Shown: positions 51,869-64,000 of the stretch, piece after piece
How the letters are laid out: each line of letters starts with the position of its first letter
Position numbering within the stretch: the stretch's first letter is position 1
Assembly (NCBI RefSeq): GCF_006345805.1
Contig: NC_042998.1
Span: 77,996,001 to 78,060,000, forward strand
Source of the DNA: Octopus sinensis
Lineage: Eukaryota
Length of the DNA stretch: 64,000 bases
Reading direction: 5' to 3'
Made by a program: the position numbers and the translations under genes
The notes under the pieces: generated by a model
Databases searched by the model: none
What the model was told of the DNA's origin: nothing
Seen by the model: the letters and a program-made list of their open reading frames with translations, nothing else

Positions 51869-54800
51869 TGTATGTATATGTATGTGTGTATGTGCGTGTA
51901 TTTGTATCTATGTATATATATATTCATACACAGATTGGGTTGTCGGTTGCTGGTCGGCCGACACGTAACTAAATTGGGTAAGACACTAATGTGTCCACCA
52001 AGGTAGGATATTACAGCAAGCTTGAAAATCAAATGTGGTAAGGAAGGGGAATTGTGGGTTATAACAATTTGTGCACCCACGTTTGTGTCTGCGTGTGTGC
52101 GCGCGTGCGCGAGTGTGCGTGAACGTAAGTATGCGTATTTCGGACGGATGTTCTTGATTGAGGGACTGAATGCTATTGTGTAAGTGATAAGATGTGTTTT
52201 AGAGAAAATGTGTAAATGAATGAATGGGATAATAGGAAATGAATGGGGAAGAAAGAATGAAAGTCAGGTTGATGGTGCTTTTGTCGTAATCCAGTTTGTC
52301 ACTGTGACGGAAACTTCATGGGAATTCTTAACATTATAGAGACAAATAAAATGGTAAAAGCAAAACCATAATTGCATGAATAAGTATAAATGAATAACTA
52401 AATAAATAATACAGCGGTCTTGTAAAAGAAATGAAGCAAAATAACTAGTTATAACATAAACGTGATCTCATAAAAAGTTTCAGCTTCAGTTTGCTGCTGA
52501 TGCGCGGACAAGCCAAAGCCACGGCGTTGTTAATAATCCAAAATTAAATGTCGTGGCTTTTATTCATTTTTTATTGTTGTTTGTGGGAACAGTTTTAACT
52601 TAGATTTGGAACTGCAACATTAGAGTTGATAGGTTTAACTTCTCTCTTTCGGGTTTTGTAAGTCCTCTTCCGCAAATAGATTGATACAAGCTACAATTGC
52701 GTACTTACTTGAGAAGTGCATTACATAACTGGTAGTTTATTACATAAAATACCAGTTACTTTGTTACAGTTTATTACATCTGACAAAACAAAATTGTAAA
52801 GTTGGTTTTTGATAGAATTTGGTCTCAGAATATCCAGAATTGAAATGTATTGCAAGTATTATGCTATAAGGCTTCCGCTGACGCGTGTATAATGTTTTCG
52901 TTCCAATGACAACTAAAATGTTGATTTAATAATTTGATATATATTATGTCAAGGTTTCCGCATATGACGTGAGAATAATATTGCCGATTTAATTGACAAA
53001 TACTTTCTTTTAATCGGCTCCCAAAGGATAACCTTGGAAGGCTGAACTCGAACAAAAACAAAGTAAAGGTAAAGAGATAGTATTCGGTACTGCAAACTAT
53101 TTTATTACATCTGGCGCCTTATCGATTTCTTGAGAGTTTTTCTGAAGCCGGCTGTTTATCAATATACATTATATTAGTTTTAACAATTTAAATCAACAAT
53201 AATTAGTAATACATAAGTTAGTGTACTAAATGCATACAACTTAAGAAATTTACTATAACTATACGGTAATTAAAAAGTATATGTGAATGATTAATAGAAT
53301 TTAAAATTTTTCGGCGTCATGTACGTTTCTGAGTTAATTCAGTTCCCATGAACAAAACAGTCCTGGAAGTGTTTGCCATATTAGTGATGAATTAATCAGT
53401 AATTAAATATACTTAAGTGTCATGTAAAAATAGATTGGTTTTGAAATTAACTAATTCAGTTGCAGGTGCTGTTTCTGAAAAAAAAATATTCAGCAAAACT
53501 TTATTGCTCCAGTTTAGTTCACAGGGTTACATTCTTATTGCAATACTCTCAACAAGTACATCATTTAACTAATACATTCGTGTCCACAAATATAATCCGT
53601 TTTCTAAATAATAACGATTTCTAAATTAGATACACGGCCTTGCGTCTCCTGGAGAAAGTATTGATCAGCATTTGAGTGGTACATGTTCTTTACATTTCTG
53701 ATAAATAAGAGGTTAAAGTAGATATGAGCGATTATACAATATCATAATTTGCGCAAATGTGCACATCTGATGTGCATGCTTTTCACAGAGCATGGCTAAC
53801 ATTTGTTCACGTGAAATAGTTGAGATTTCTTACAGTTGCTCTACGTATCAGGTAAACAATGTTTACAAAACTTCGTCATCCATACTTAAGAACAATACAA
53901 CTAAAATCCTCAAATTCACTATGAAATCTAAGCTCTCTATAAACGACCATATAAATTAGCTTTAGAGGAAACTATATTATCAGGCTATAGAATAACCAAA
54001 CCCTGATTAATCTGTAACTTACTACAAAGCGTAAGTACTACCCACATTAGAGTACTTTTTATATGTCTGTTAACATAACTGCTTCTCTCACAAAACTCAT
54101 CAACCCTATCCAGTGACCTGTCTAGCTGATTGACAAAAGTGAATTTACTCTCATGCAACACTTATTGTAACTAATACGTTGCTATATTTGACTATGACTC
54201 TGTTGATTCCATTCTTATTTCAAGGTCTCTTGTTATTGACTCTAACTTCCATCATTCCTGAGTCAGCAGAATGCGTACCAGCATCATAATTGGGCGAATA
54301 AGTCAACTGCACGACTCCAGGAAACTGTTAATTGCTACTAAGCACAGAAAACGTTTTGAAATTGGAAATTAAGGTTAAAGCAAGGAGTTATGCGCCGGAA
54401 ACGTAGGAAACGTCGGAAACACCGGAAAACACAAAATATTAAGTTACTTAACTGCTTATCGATCTGTAATTAATTTGCTTTCACCAATCTAATGTCGAAA
54501 AACTGGAATATATTGACATATAGCATAACATGTGTGACTTAAGTCTTAGAGGGTGGACTTGTTCCAAGATAAGAATCTATATTATTTTCTGAATTAGTTG
54601 ACAGCCAGACACAAATGCTTTATCATGTTTAGGCACGTATATTTACACGCTTTGCATCAAATTCTGGAGGAATTGATTGAGCATCTTACATTTTAGGATT
54701 GGAAGTACCACTCACATAGTGTGGGCATTGAAATCATTAAATGATCTCCGAATGTTTGTGGCTTCGCGCCCTTCTTAGAATTTTTATATTATTACTAAGC

Positions 54801-55496
54801 TTGAAGAGCAGCTAAAAATTAGCATTAAAAAAGTAATATAAAAAAGGCATGTATAACATTGACTTTATTGAACCAGGAAGATATTCATGTGTTATATGTA
54901 TTTTGTGCGCTGTTTTAGTATCACTGTTTGATTTGAAAGCCTTTATATTATTAGTAGGCTTTTGTTTAAAATATGAACTATGTATCAGTTGGGTTACTCA
55001 GTTCAAAGTCTTTGCATACAAAGTATGTTGTATTTTGATGTGCTATGTTTCGGGTTGTGTAAAGCTGTGAATCTTTATTTAGATTTAAAATGTTTGTTTA
55101 TGGCATTTTACATAATACTCAGAATAACAAGTACTTTTACTGGTTTTAAAACTACATGACTTCAAAGATATTCTAGTTTTGTCTTTAACTATATTTTATA
55201 GATTTTTTTTCAAATTTTTTCTTTTGTTTTCACCTGACCCTTTTTTGCTTGGTGTAATTAGATACTTGCTTGTTAAGTTGAATCTCCATATTCACAAGAG
55301 AAAGTTTCTTTCTTGAAATTTTATATTTATTCTTATTTAATCAATCAGCTCTTATCAGTTTTCCAATATTTTTCGAAAACCACATTGACTATTTATATAC
55401 AATATTTATGCCGGATCACTTAGTCTGTGCACACATGTGTTTAGCCAAACTGAACGTTATTTTTAAGAATGAAATTATTTTTATTGTTATTAAAAT

Positions 55497-55850
55497 AAAG
55501 GTAAAGGCCCCCTTCGGTCATGAATGACCATGGGATTGCACATAGAAAGTTCCCTTGCGATGCGAGGTACAAGTCTGGGCAAGGTTACTTATGGAAGACC
55601 AGCAGTCGCCCGTACTTACTAGCCCCTACCCCCACCCCTCACCACGCCACCGATGTTATCTAAGGGAGCGGTAAAGCTTGATAAAGCTTGACAGTAGTGA
55701 TGCCATAACTCATTTCTCAGCTGAGTGAACTGGAGCAACGTAAAATAAGTATCTTGCTCAAGAACAAAACATAGAGCCCCATCCAGGAATCGAACTCACT
55801 ACCTCATGGTTGTGATACCGACGCTCTCACCACTGAGCCATGCACCTTCA
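55497..55850 (-). mobile_element. tRNA-derived SINE (further family)
   Basis: Minus head GGCTCAGTGGTGAGAG..GAGTTCGATTCC; central GTTCTTGAGCAAGATACTT..GCTCCAGTTCACTCAGCTG. Confidence 0.7.
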
Positions 55851-57571
55851 CTTGTTATTACTGTTGTTGATATTTAAAAGGTTCTCTTGTCCCTAAGGCA
55901 GGTTTTGTGATGTGAGGACCGAGTCATTTGTATCAACTCAAGCCGCTAACTAGCAAAATGTTTATCAATGTCAACGAGATTCGAACGAAGAAATTTGGCA
56001 TTATATACAGTGTATTTTATAGATCGTACTTACAATTTATACCGTCCAGCATCATTGTTATCATCATCAACATCGTCGTCGTCGTTTATGCTTTTGTAGT
56101 TTTATTAGGAAAAGGAATAGCAGCAATGGCAGGTTTGATTGACATACCATTGAAAAATTCAGAGAACGTCTGTCTTGGATATTGCCATGTTATTACATCG
56201 CTCATTGACCGAAACGCTGGATATATTTAGGAGAAACGAAACCTATATATGTAATAGCAAGAAAAGCAACAAAATATCGAAAACATTCGGAAAAGTAAAG
56301 AGAAAATAAAAGATAAGTGAAGTAGTAGCAACAAGAAATTCGTTCCGGAAACTTGTTTTTCCTATTATGTGACCGACATAATTGATTTCCTAAATGTTGC
56401 AGAATGACACCTCATTTTTTTACCAATAATTAAATGGACACACGCGCCTCTATATAAACACACACGCACACACACGCTTATATTCACACAAACGCATACA
56501 CGTATATAGATAGATAGATGTATGTATGTGTAATATATACATGTATTTGTGTATATTCATTATATATACATGTACATGCACACACAGGAACATACACGGT
56601 TACTTATACAGCCATAGATACGGCATTGTCTATCCGCATAGCCTTTCGTTAGGCTGTCAGCTATGTCCATCGTCCTGCTGCCATCATCATCGACGTCGTC
56701 GTTGTCATCATCAATAAAGACAAGAACAACAACACAATACCTCTCACATTCCTACAATTAGAAACTCTGTCTAAGAATCTACACCTCTTGTTATATGAGC
56801 AGTGGGTTAGTTGACTGAATTGTTTAGAACGAGGCTCTCAGACACATTGAATGACAACAAGATGGCAGATGTCTGTATGTGCATACTATTTTCAGTGTTA
56901 TTTATTTCCCTACTCATGTCTGATAAAGCAGACTTATTATCAAAGGTTTACCAACCGTGACCATCGCATATTCTCTTTCAGATAGCGTATTGGGCAACAT
57001 CATTCAATGTATACTATTCTAGGTTGATAGGGTGTGGTTTCTTTCAGCCACTTTAATTTTTTTCAAATTTTCACCAGATTATTCTAATTCTGTAGTATAT
57101 TGTAAACGAAAACCACATTCACTGTTTGTAGAAATTATTAAATTCTTGTAAGAATTTACTCGGATTTTAAATTTTGGAACTGTAGCCAATCAAAAAGGTC
57201 TGTTATTATCGTTTATGCTTATTTACCTACATTGCCATGATGATCTGCCCATGTGAAACGTTTACAGGGTCTCTTGGCTTACTAGAAATAGCAGCCAAAT
57301 TTTCTTTAAACTATGGCATAACTTCTAAAAAAACACTAAAGACAAATCATTGTACCACAGTCCGATTTATTTCCTCCCATCGAGACAGGCCCAAGTGCTT
57401 TCTACTTGTGTGTTATTCACATTTAAATTAAAGTTAATCTTCTTGGATGTAAATCTTTCATAGAAATCGCAGCCTACGAAAACTGTAAACGAAGTTGAAA
57501 AAGGTAACTGTGTTTAGAAATTTATCATAAGAAAAGAGAAAGTATATTTAATATTGATCTCGTGTGAAGAC

Positions 57572-57765
57572 GGCGAGCTGGCAGAAACGTTAGCACGCCG
57601 GTATTTCGTCAGTCTCTACTTTCCGAATTCAAATTCCGCCGTGGTCGGCTTTGCCTTTTATCCTTTCGGAGGTCGATAAATTAAGTTGCGTATTGGGGTC
57701 GATCTAATCGACTGGCCCACTCCCCCAAAATTTCGGGCCTTGTGCCTAAAGTAGAAAAGAATATT
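57572..57765 (+). mobile_element. SINE family B
   Basis: GGCGAGCTGGCAGAAACGTTAGCACGCCG...GGAGGTCGATAAATTAAG...AGTAGAAAAGAAT. Confidence 0.8.
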
Positions 57766-58135
57766 GATCTGTGATACACAGTGTTTCGAGGGTCGTGAAT
57801 TCGATTAAAGTTTACATTCCTAGAAACTGACCCTAAGTTAAATGTTATGAATAAAATTTAACATATAGAAAGCACTTAGGCCTGCCTTAAGCGAGAAAAT
57901 AAACAGTGCTGTGGCACAATCTTTCATCTTTTATGTGTTTTAGATGTCATGATGTAGTTTCAGGAAAATTTGGCTGTTGTTTCTAGCAGGTTGAGAGGGC
58001 TTGTAAAGGTTTGTTAACATCAACACAATATACCGTGAAATAGAGACTCTCGACTGGCTAAAATTGCATAAATTTAAATGCTAGTAACTTCTTTATTAGC
58101 ATTTAAAAATTGTTATCTTCTTTATTAATAATTTC

Positions 58136-58577
58136 AGATCTTTTCGGTTTGAACGGCATTTTTTCTAGCGGTGTCATATATAATTGTCACCCATAATTAT
58201 GACCCTAGAATCGATCTATTGCATTTCAATTTCTTTTAGGGTTAGGGTTAGTTAGGGTTAGGGTTAGGGTGGGGGTGGAGGAAGGGTATCTTTTTTTCTT
58301 TTTTTCTTCACAAATGTAAATAAACCCAATGTTTCTAAAACGAGGGACATATTCATACGGCACAGAATGCTTTTTAACTCAATAGACGTCACTGATTGGT
58401 TGAAATTGCAGAAATTGAAGAAAAAAAACAACAAATATCTTACAAACTATAGAATTTTCTCAATGAAGGCAAGAGAAAAAGATGTTTTATAAACACATTC
58501 TACCAGTATACAAAGTCTAAATTTTTTTAATTACCTAGAAATTATGTTAAAAACTGCCGTTCAAACCGAAAAGATCC
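58136..58577. mobile_element. TIR MITE with internal TTAGGG repeats and 8-bp TSD (Merlin-like), copy 1
   Basis: TIR (A)GATCTTTTCGGTTTGAACGGC / GCCGTTCAAACCGAAAAGATCC; TSD ATAATTTC at 58128..58135 and 58578..58585. Confidence 0.9.
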
Positions 58578-58928
58578 ATAATTTCTTGTGGGGTGGGGAA
58601 TAAACGCGATTTTCGTCATCAGCATGCGAAACTATATTAAAACGTTTTTTTTTTTTAAATATTCAGGTAAATATTTGAAAAAACTTCAAGAAGTTCAATA
58701 AAATCTGATAATGTAACTTATTTCTAAAAGGATAGGAAATCTCATTAAGAGCACTTCGTTTGCACCTGTGTGTATATCTATATGTGTGTGCGTGTGTACG
58801 TGTGCGCATTTATTCGCGGTAGAGTCAGAAGTAAAATATATCTGGATAAATAACATACTAGGCAACAACACAACTGAAAGTCCCGCTTGAGTCCGTTGGA
58901 GGGTTATAACCTATCACTGGCAATGTGT

Positions 58929-59382
58929 GGATCTTTTCGGTTTGAACGGCAGTTTTTTCTAGCGGTGTCATATGAAATTGTCACCCATAATTATGACCCT
59001 AGTATCGATCTATTGCATTTAAATCTATTTTAGGGTTAGGGTTAGTTAGGGTTAGGGTTAGTTAGGGTTAGGGTTAGGGTTACGGGTGGGGGGAAGGGTA
59101 TCTTTTTTTCTTCAGTAATGTAAATAAACCCAATCTGATTCTTAAACGAGGGACATATTCATACAGCACAGACTGTTGTTTACCTCAATGGACGTCAGTG
59201 ATTGGTTGAAATCGCAGAAATTGAAGAAAAAAACAACAACTATCTTACAAACTATAGAATTTTCTTAATAAAGCCAAGAGAAAAAGATGTTTTATAAACA
59301 CATTCTACCAGTATACGAAGTTTAAATTTTTTTAGTTACCTAGAAATTATGTTAAAAACTGCCGTTCAAACCGAAAAGATCC
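58929..59382. mobile_element. TIR MITE with internal TTAGGG repeats and 8-bp TSD (Merlin-like), copy 2
   Basis: GGATCTTTTCGG...CCGAAAAGATCC; TSD CAATGTGT at 58921..58928 and 59383..59390. Confidence 0.9.
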
Positions 59383-60114
59383 CAATGTGTTTTACTTCTT
59401 AGTCAAGACAGAATTACAATTAACCAGCCGAATACGTGCCAATAAGATTGGTTGACCTGCTACAAATTATGCAAAAATATCACTCAAGTTATACAGTACT
59501 TTATTAAAAAGAAAAACTAAAAGGAGACATTGTTTAACATATTTTTCGTAGTCTTTGTCTTCTATTCCAATTCCATTCATATGCAGTGTGCTTTATATTA
59601 ATATTGAATTGTTCCATGTACTGGAATATTCCGTATTTAATCATCTCCGGAAGAATGAAAAGCAATGTCAGTTTTCGCAGAATTTAAACTTAGAATATAA
59701 ATGACACTTAACAATGTACTGTAAAATATTGTTTGATATTCTATCGTGTCTAGCAATCTAGAAACGCCAGGCTCTATTCTTCGGGAGGAAATAAAATCAC
59801 GTCAAAGCTAGAACACCTTCGATCATAGTTTAACTACATTGGGGCTGACCTGGTGGGAAGTAATAACGTGGTTGTTATAAATTCCTTAGTCTATGTTCCT
59901 TCAAGTATATACTGTAGTCTGGTTTAATTCATTAATCTCAGAAGGATATTGCTGGAAAAGTGACAAATCATTCCTCGCTTTCCAGTTCTGAGTTGAAAAT
60001 TCAGCTTCACAGAAAAGTTTCCCCATGACAGACTAGTAACGTATCCATTTGAAAGCAGCGCGCAGAAAGCTACAGATGTCAGTAAGTGAGGATGATCTCA
60101 GGAAGAAAAACTGA

Positions 60115-60705
60115 GGCAAGACTTCCACCCCACCACACCCATAAATTTTTTTTTCGGCACACACCCCCATTTTCGGCTACGGGAAATACGGATCTGCAAA
60201 ACAATTGGCAAAAATCAACATTTCTAAATGACCACCGCCATTTCCTTCATTTTTCACTTTTTTTACAAATTGTTTTTTTTTTTTTCAAAATATGCGGAAA
60301 AATACGGAAATTATGATTCTGAAAAAAGTTTCCAAAATATTTTGTAAAAATTTTTTTTAAGAATTTTTTTTCTAAATATGCAGAAAATACGGACATTATC
60401 ATTCGAACAAAAATTTCAAAACAATTCTGTACTTACGGTTAAGGTTTTAGTGTTAGGGTTAGGGTTAGGGTTTTAGAGTTAGGGTTTTAGGATTAGGGTT
60501 TTAGAGTTAGGATTTTAGGGTTAGTGTTGGGTAAAATATTCAAAATTGAAGAAGTTGGGGGAAAGGGGGAAATTTTCACAATGCCGATTTTTGGCAATTT
60601 TCCGAAACCTCCGTATCTGAAAACGGGGATTTTTGGCATAAAAAATTTTTTTAATAAACTAATTTGGGAGAAAATGGTGGGGACGGGACGGGCGAAAGTC
60701 TTTCC
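60115..60705. mobile_element. Second family of GG..CC MITE with TTAGGG tract and near-perfect 8-bp TSD
   Basis: Left GGCAAGACTTCCACCCC vs right (minus) GGAAAGACTTTCGCCCG; flanks AAAACTGA and GAAACTGA. Confidence 0.65.
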
Positions 60706-61093
60706 GAAACTGATGTATTTATGTCTAGAAGAGATAAATTTATAACAGTCGGTCAAACATTTTAGTGTATAGTTCTTATGCGTCACAATATCAAAATAAA
60801 TTTATACTTATGAAGAATCATAAGAAAAACTTTGTGATAATTGGTTACATCCCTTAACGTTCAAAGTTCAAATCCTACCTGGAGTGGTAAGGTAAGTCTT
60901 TCAACTTCCACCATTCTCAATTTTCGAAGGTGACTGCATGTTAAATAAGTATAATTTGCATGTACTCAATCTCATTTAATATGTATTAGTGTATATTTAA
61001 ACCGGAATTTGAGTGGCAAAGTGTTCGATTGTCTGTAGCGTCTTGCTCATTTCATCTTATGCTCCTATGTATCTCATATCTATACATATATAA

Positions 61094-61305
61094 GGCGGCG
61101 CGGTGGCAGAAAAGTTAGCACGCCGGGCGAAATGTTTTATGGTATTTCGTTCGTCCTTACATTCTGAGTTCAAATTCTACCGAAGTCGACTTTGCCTTTT
61201 ATCGTTTTGGTGGCGATAAATTAAGTACCAGCTGGGTACTGCGGTCGATCTAATCGACTGGCCCCTCCCACAAAATTTCGAGTCTTGTGTCTAGAGTAGA
61301 AAAGA
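61094..61305 (+). mobile_element. SINE family B
   Basis: Similar to 57572..57765. Confidence 0.8.
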
Positions 61306-61669
61306 ATATTTATACATATGTATTAATGTATATTCGAGTCAAAATTTGAGACAAATAGGGTTCGATACTTTGTCGCAGCTCGCTCGCCCCTATTTCTGTC
61401 TTCTGAAGGCATTTACCCAATCTTCTAAACTGTTTTCACAGCTATTCTTCGTTGTGGATTTCCTTCTTATCTTTACTGTAAAATACCGATTCACGCAGTG
61501 CTTCTAAGTTTGCTCATAAGATATATTGAGAAAAAAGAGACAGTCAGAATTTTGGACAATCCATTATTAGCGCTTTCGTTCGTTTTCGAACTCGTCAAGA
61601 CAAAATCAAAATCAAAGAGCTAATAACAGAACGTTTCGTTCTTCATTTATATGCGTGTTTTTTTCCTTC

Positions 61670-61952
61670 TCTAGCCATGCCTGGCTCATAGGGCCGGTTT
61701 CGCGGTTTCGTTGGCGTATAGGTTCCCCACCTGAACGGAATGCCGGTCCGTCGCAGGTGAGCTGCTAGATGCAGGAGGAAAGAGTGAGAGAAAGTTGTGG
61801 CGGAAGAGTCAGCAGAAATTCACCATTACCTTCTGACGGTGCCACGTGGAGCTTAGGTTTCACTCATAAACACACACATCGCCTGGTTTGAGAACCTGCG
61901 ATCCCACGACAGCGAGTCCGCTTCTCTGACCACTAGACCATGTGCCTCCACT
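61670..61952 (-). mobile_element. SINE family C-related copy
   Basis: Minus head GGAGGCACATGGTCTAGTGGTCAGAG; internal segment similar to 42420..42628. Confidence 0.7.
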
Positions 61953-62020
61953 CATTTATGTGAATCGGATGATTTTTGTTTTGTTTAGAAGAGGAGAATA
62001 TTTTTTTTAATTTCTGGAAA

Positions 62021-62089
<69 letters not shown>

Positions 62090-62879
62090 AAAGCAAAGCA
62101 GAGGGAAATAGAGAAATTTCAGAACAATCAAGAAAGAAGAGAAAAAAATAATAATCAAGGATGAGGAAAGGAGAGATACATACAGGCATAGAGAGAGAGG
62201 GGGGAGACAGAGAGAGAGACAGGCAGACAGACAGAGATAGAGGAAAGTTTTTTTCAGTTGGGTGTGGTGAATTTATTGAAATTTCATTGCAAAGTTATTA
62301 TTCTTTTTGTCTTTTTCCATTGTATAAATATCTTGCAAACAACTTGCACATGCAAGTGCTACCAGTCAAAAACTCTGCATACTGGAAACCAGCAAGTGTA
62401 TGGGGTCAACAGGAGAGAATGCGCGCCGTTTCGGGGCCTGCCTCTCGACGGCATCAATCCGATAGTGATATGAGGCCCCGCTTGCTAAATCAGGTGCTTA
62501 TCAAATATTCTTCTAGCCATCGTTCATCGTCTCTTTTTAGCCAAACCCAGTGGGTAGCCTTTTCCACTGTAGTTTAGATATCGGTTACGGGGGTATTTAC
62601 TTTACGATGAGTTGTTGAACGAATGTCGCAAATGAAGAAGGTATCAGGAGTTTCTAATATGCGTACTTATCATTGTTAACGGAAGCCTATTGCGAATACT
62701 GCATAGATCTACATATTTTTCAGTGATTACACATAAGGTTTGAGTGTGTTGATCATCAGACACTATGAACACAGCTCGCGGGAAAGGGGAAATGGGTTTA
62801 TAAGAGTATTTAGTTCTATATGAACTTTTATTCGGAATAAGAAGCTAAAGCAATAGCGAAAATTGAGATACCAAATAGT

Positions 62880-63130
62880 TTACAATAAGGGAAGGTCTTG
62901 GCCAAGGTTGCACACTTTGCATTATACTTTTCAACGTGTACAGCAGGGGTTTCAGATACAAAACAGATTTTGGTGAGAATGGAGGTATCAATCTACCAGG
63001 ACAAGCAGTTAACAATCTGCGGTTGATCAAACCTTATTCGTGGAAATGAAGATAGTCTGAGAAGGATGCTAGAAAAGCTAAGATAAGGAACTGCAAAGGC
63101 TGAGTAGAAACTAATCTGACATTGGACACA
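62880..63130 (+). mobile_element. Degenerate RTE-clade RT fragment
   Basis: Frameshifted GLGQGCTLCIILFNVY...GINLPGQAVNNLR...EDSLRRMLEKL. Confidence 0.55.
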
Positions 63131-63487
63131 GTGGATGCCAATTTTTTCTTTTTAATTTGGATGCAAGTTTGAAAGGAGAGGCAGGAAATAACTTGGAATG
63201 GCTTGTATGATAAATTACGGAAAATTGTGAAAAGCAATCGAATCTCAAAGAACTAGTGTAATATTGTAAAAATACCCGTTGCATCTCCCATAATGATGAA
63301 TGGGAGATGGGTAACCAAATAGGGTCCATGTAAAATGTAGTACTGGGAAACATTACTGAAATTATCATAGACGTGAAAGAAGCAAATAGATCACTACTAC
63401 AAATGAAATGACTTTATATTGGAAGTGTTGATTGTCAAAGATTTAAATTCTTTGGCCATTTGATGAGGGCAATGACCCCCCAAAATA

Positions 63488-64000
63488 TTAGACTGTCCGG
63501 AAAGTTCGTGCCGATGTATAGTAGATTACCTTTCAACTTATTTTAGAACATCATTGAGTCCATGAAATAGGATTTTACTACACCTCCGTTTAGAGCAGAG
63601 CTTAAGCTATCTTTTCGTGGAAGAAGGTTTATGTTCCTATAACCTGTTAATTCCGTAACCCTTTAAAATAGAAGATAAGAAAGTTCATTTTCGGCACTTG
63701 ATGTTTTGAGAACCAAACAAAAATTGCTGAAGCTCGGCTTGTATGTTACCCCACCCTCCGTATTCACCAGATATTGCTCTTTCGAATTTCCACTTATTCA
63801 GGTCTCTGTAGAATAGTCTTAATGGTAAACATTTCAATTCCTTGGATGACATAAAAAGATACCTTGATGAATTCTTTGCCATGTCACCACCTCAATTCTG
63901 GGAAGAGCATATTTTCAAGTTAAAGGAAAGACGGAGACGCATTGTGCAACAAAATGGTTCATATTTGGTTGATTAAAAATGTAATGCGATGTATTTATTG
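63488..64000 (+). mobile_element. mariner deletion derivative, same family as 27273..27814, runs off the window end
   Basis: TA|TTAGACTGTCCGGAAAGTTCGTGCCG TIR; CCGTATTCACCAGATATTGCTC (PYSPDIA); same internal deletion layout. Confidence 0.9.

Noticed and set aside
58240-60530. TTAGGG tracts as a true telomere or fusion site
   Set aside because: Short, degenerate and internal to TIR/TSD-bounded elements.
62433-62479. GGGGCCT/AGGCCCC three-way junction as an HDV-like ribozyme
   Set aside because: No P1 partner, no CC in the loop for P1.1, and no catalytic C in the expected linker.

Overview
AT-rich, microsatellite-saturated animal DNA, intronic or intergenic. The SINE families resemble those I recall from octopus genomes, but this taxonomic call is inference. 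I found no host protein-coding exon I can support, and most ORF-track calls are translations of microsatellites. The window is a transposon patchwork: R4/Dong-type retrotransposon pieces embedded in (AAT)n arrays (3.5-6.6 kb); CR1/L2-group and RTE LINE relics; three tRNA-derived SINE families; Tc1/mariner, hAT and Helitron non-autonomous elements; two Penelope-like (PLE) GIY-YIG endonuclease fragments; an inverted-duplicated Merlin (IS1595-like) transposase whose two copies complement to an intact 301-aa ORF; and three TTAGGG-containing MITEs with GG..CC ends and 8-bp TSDs. The most striking signal is a set of unrelated minimal type-I hammerhead ribozyme motifs of the Penelope-associated kind. 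Most sit in long fold-back palindromes or divergent pairs that place one ribozyme on each strand (14.7/15.3, 39.0-39.5, 39.8-40.2 and 47.7-48.4 kb; variant cores at 28.5 and 33.0 kb). All calls were made by eye, without alignment or folding software.
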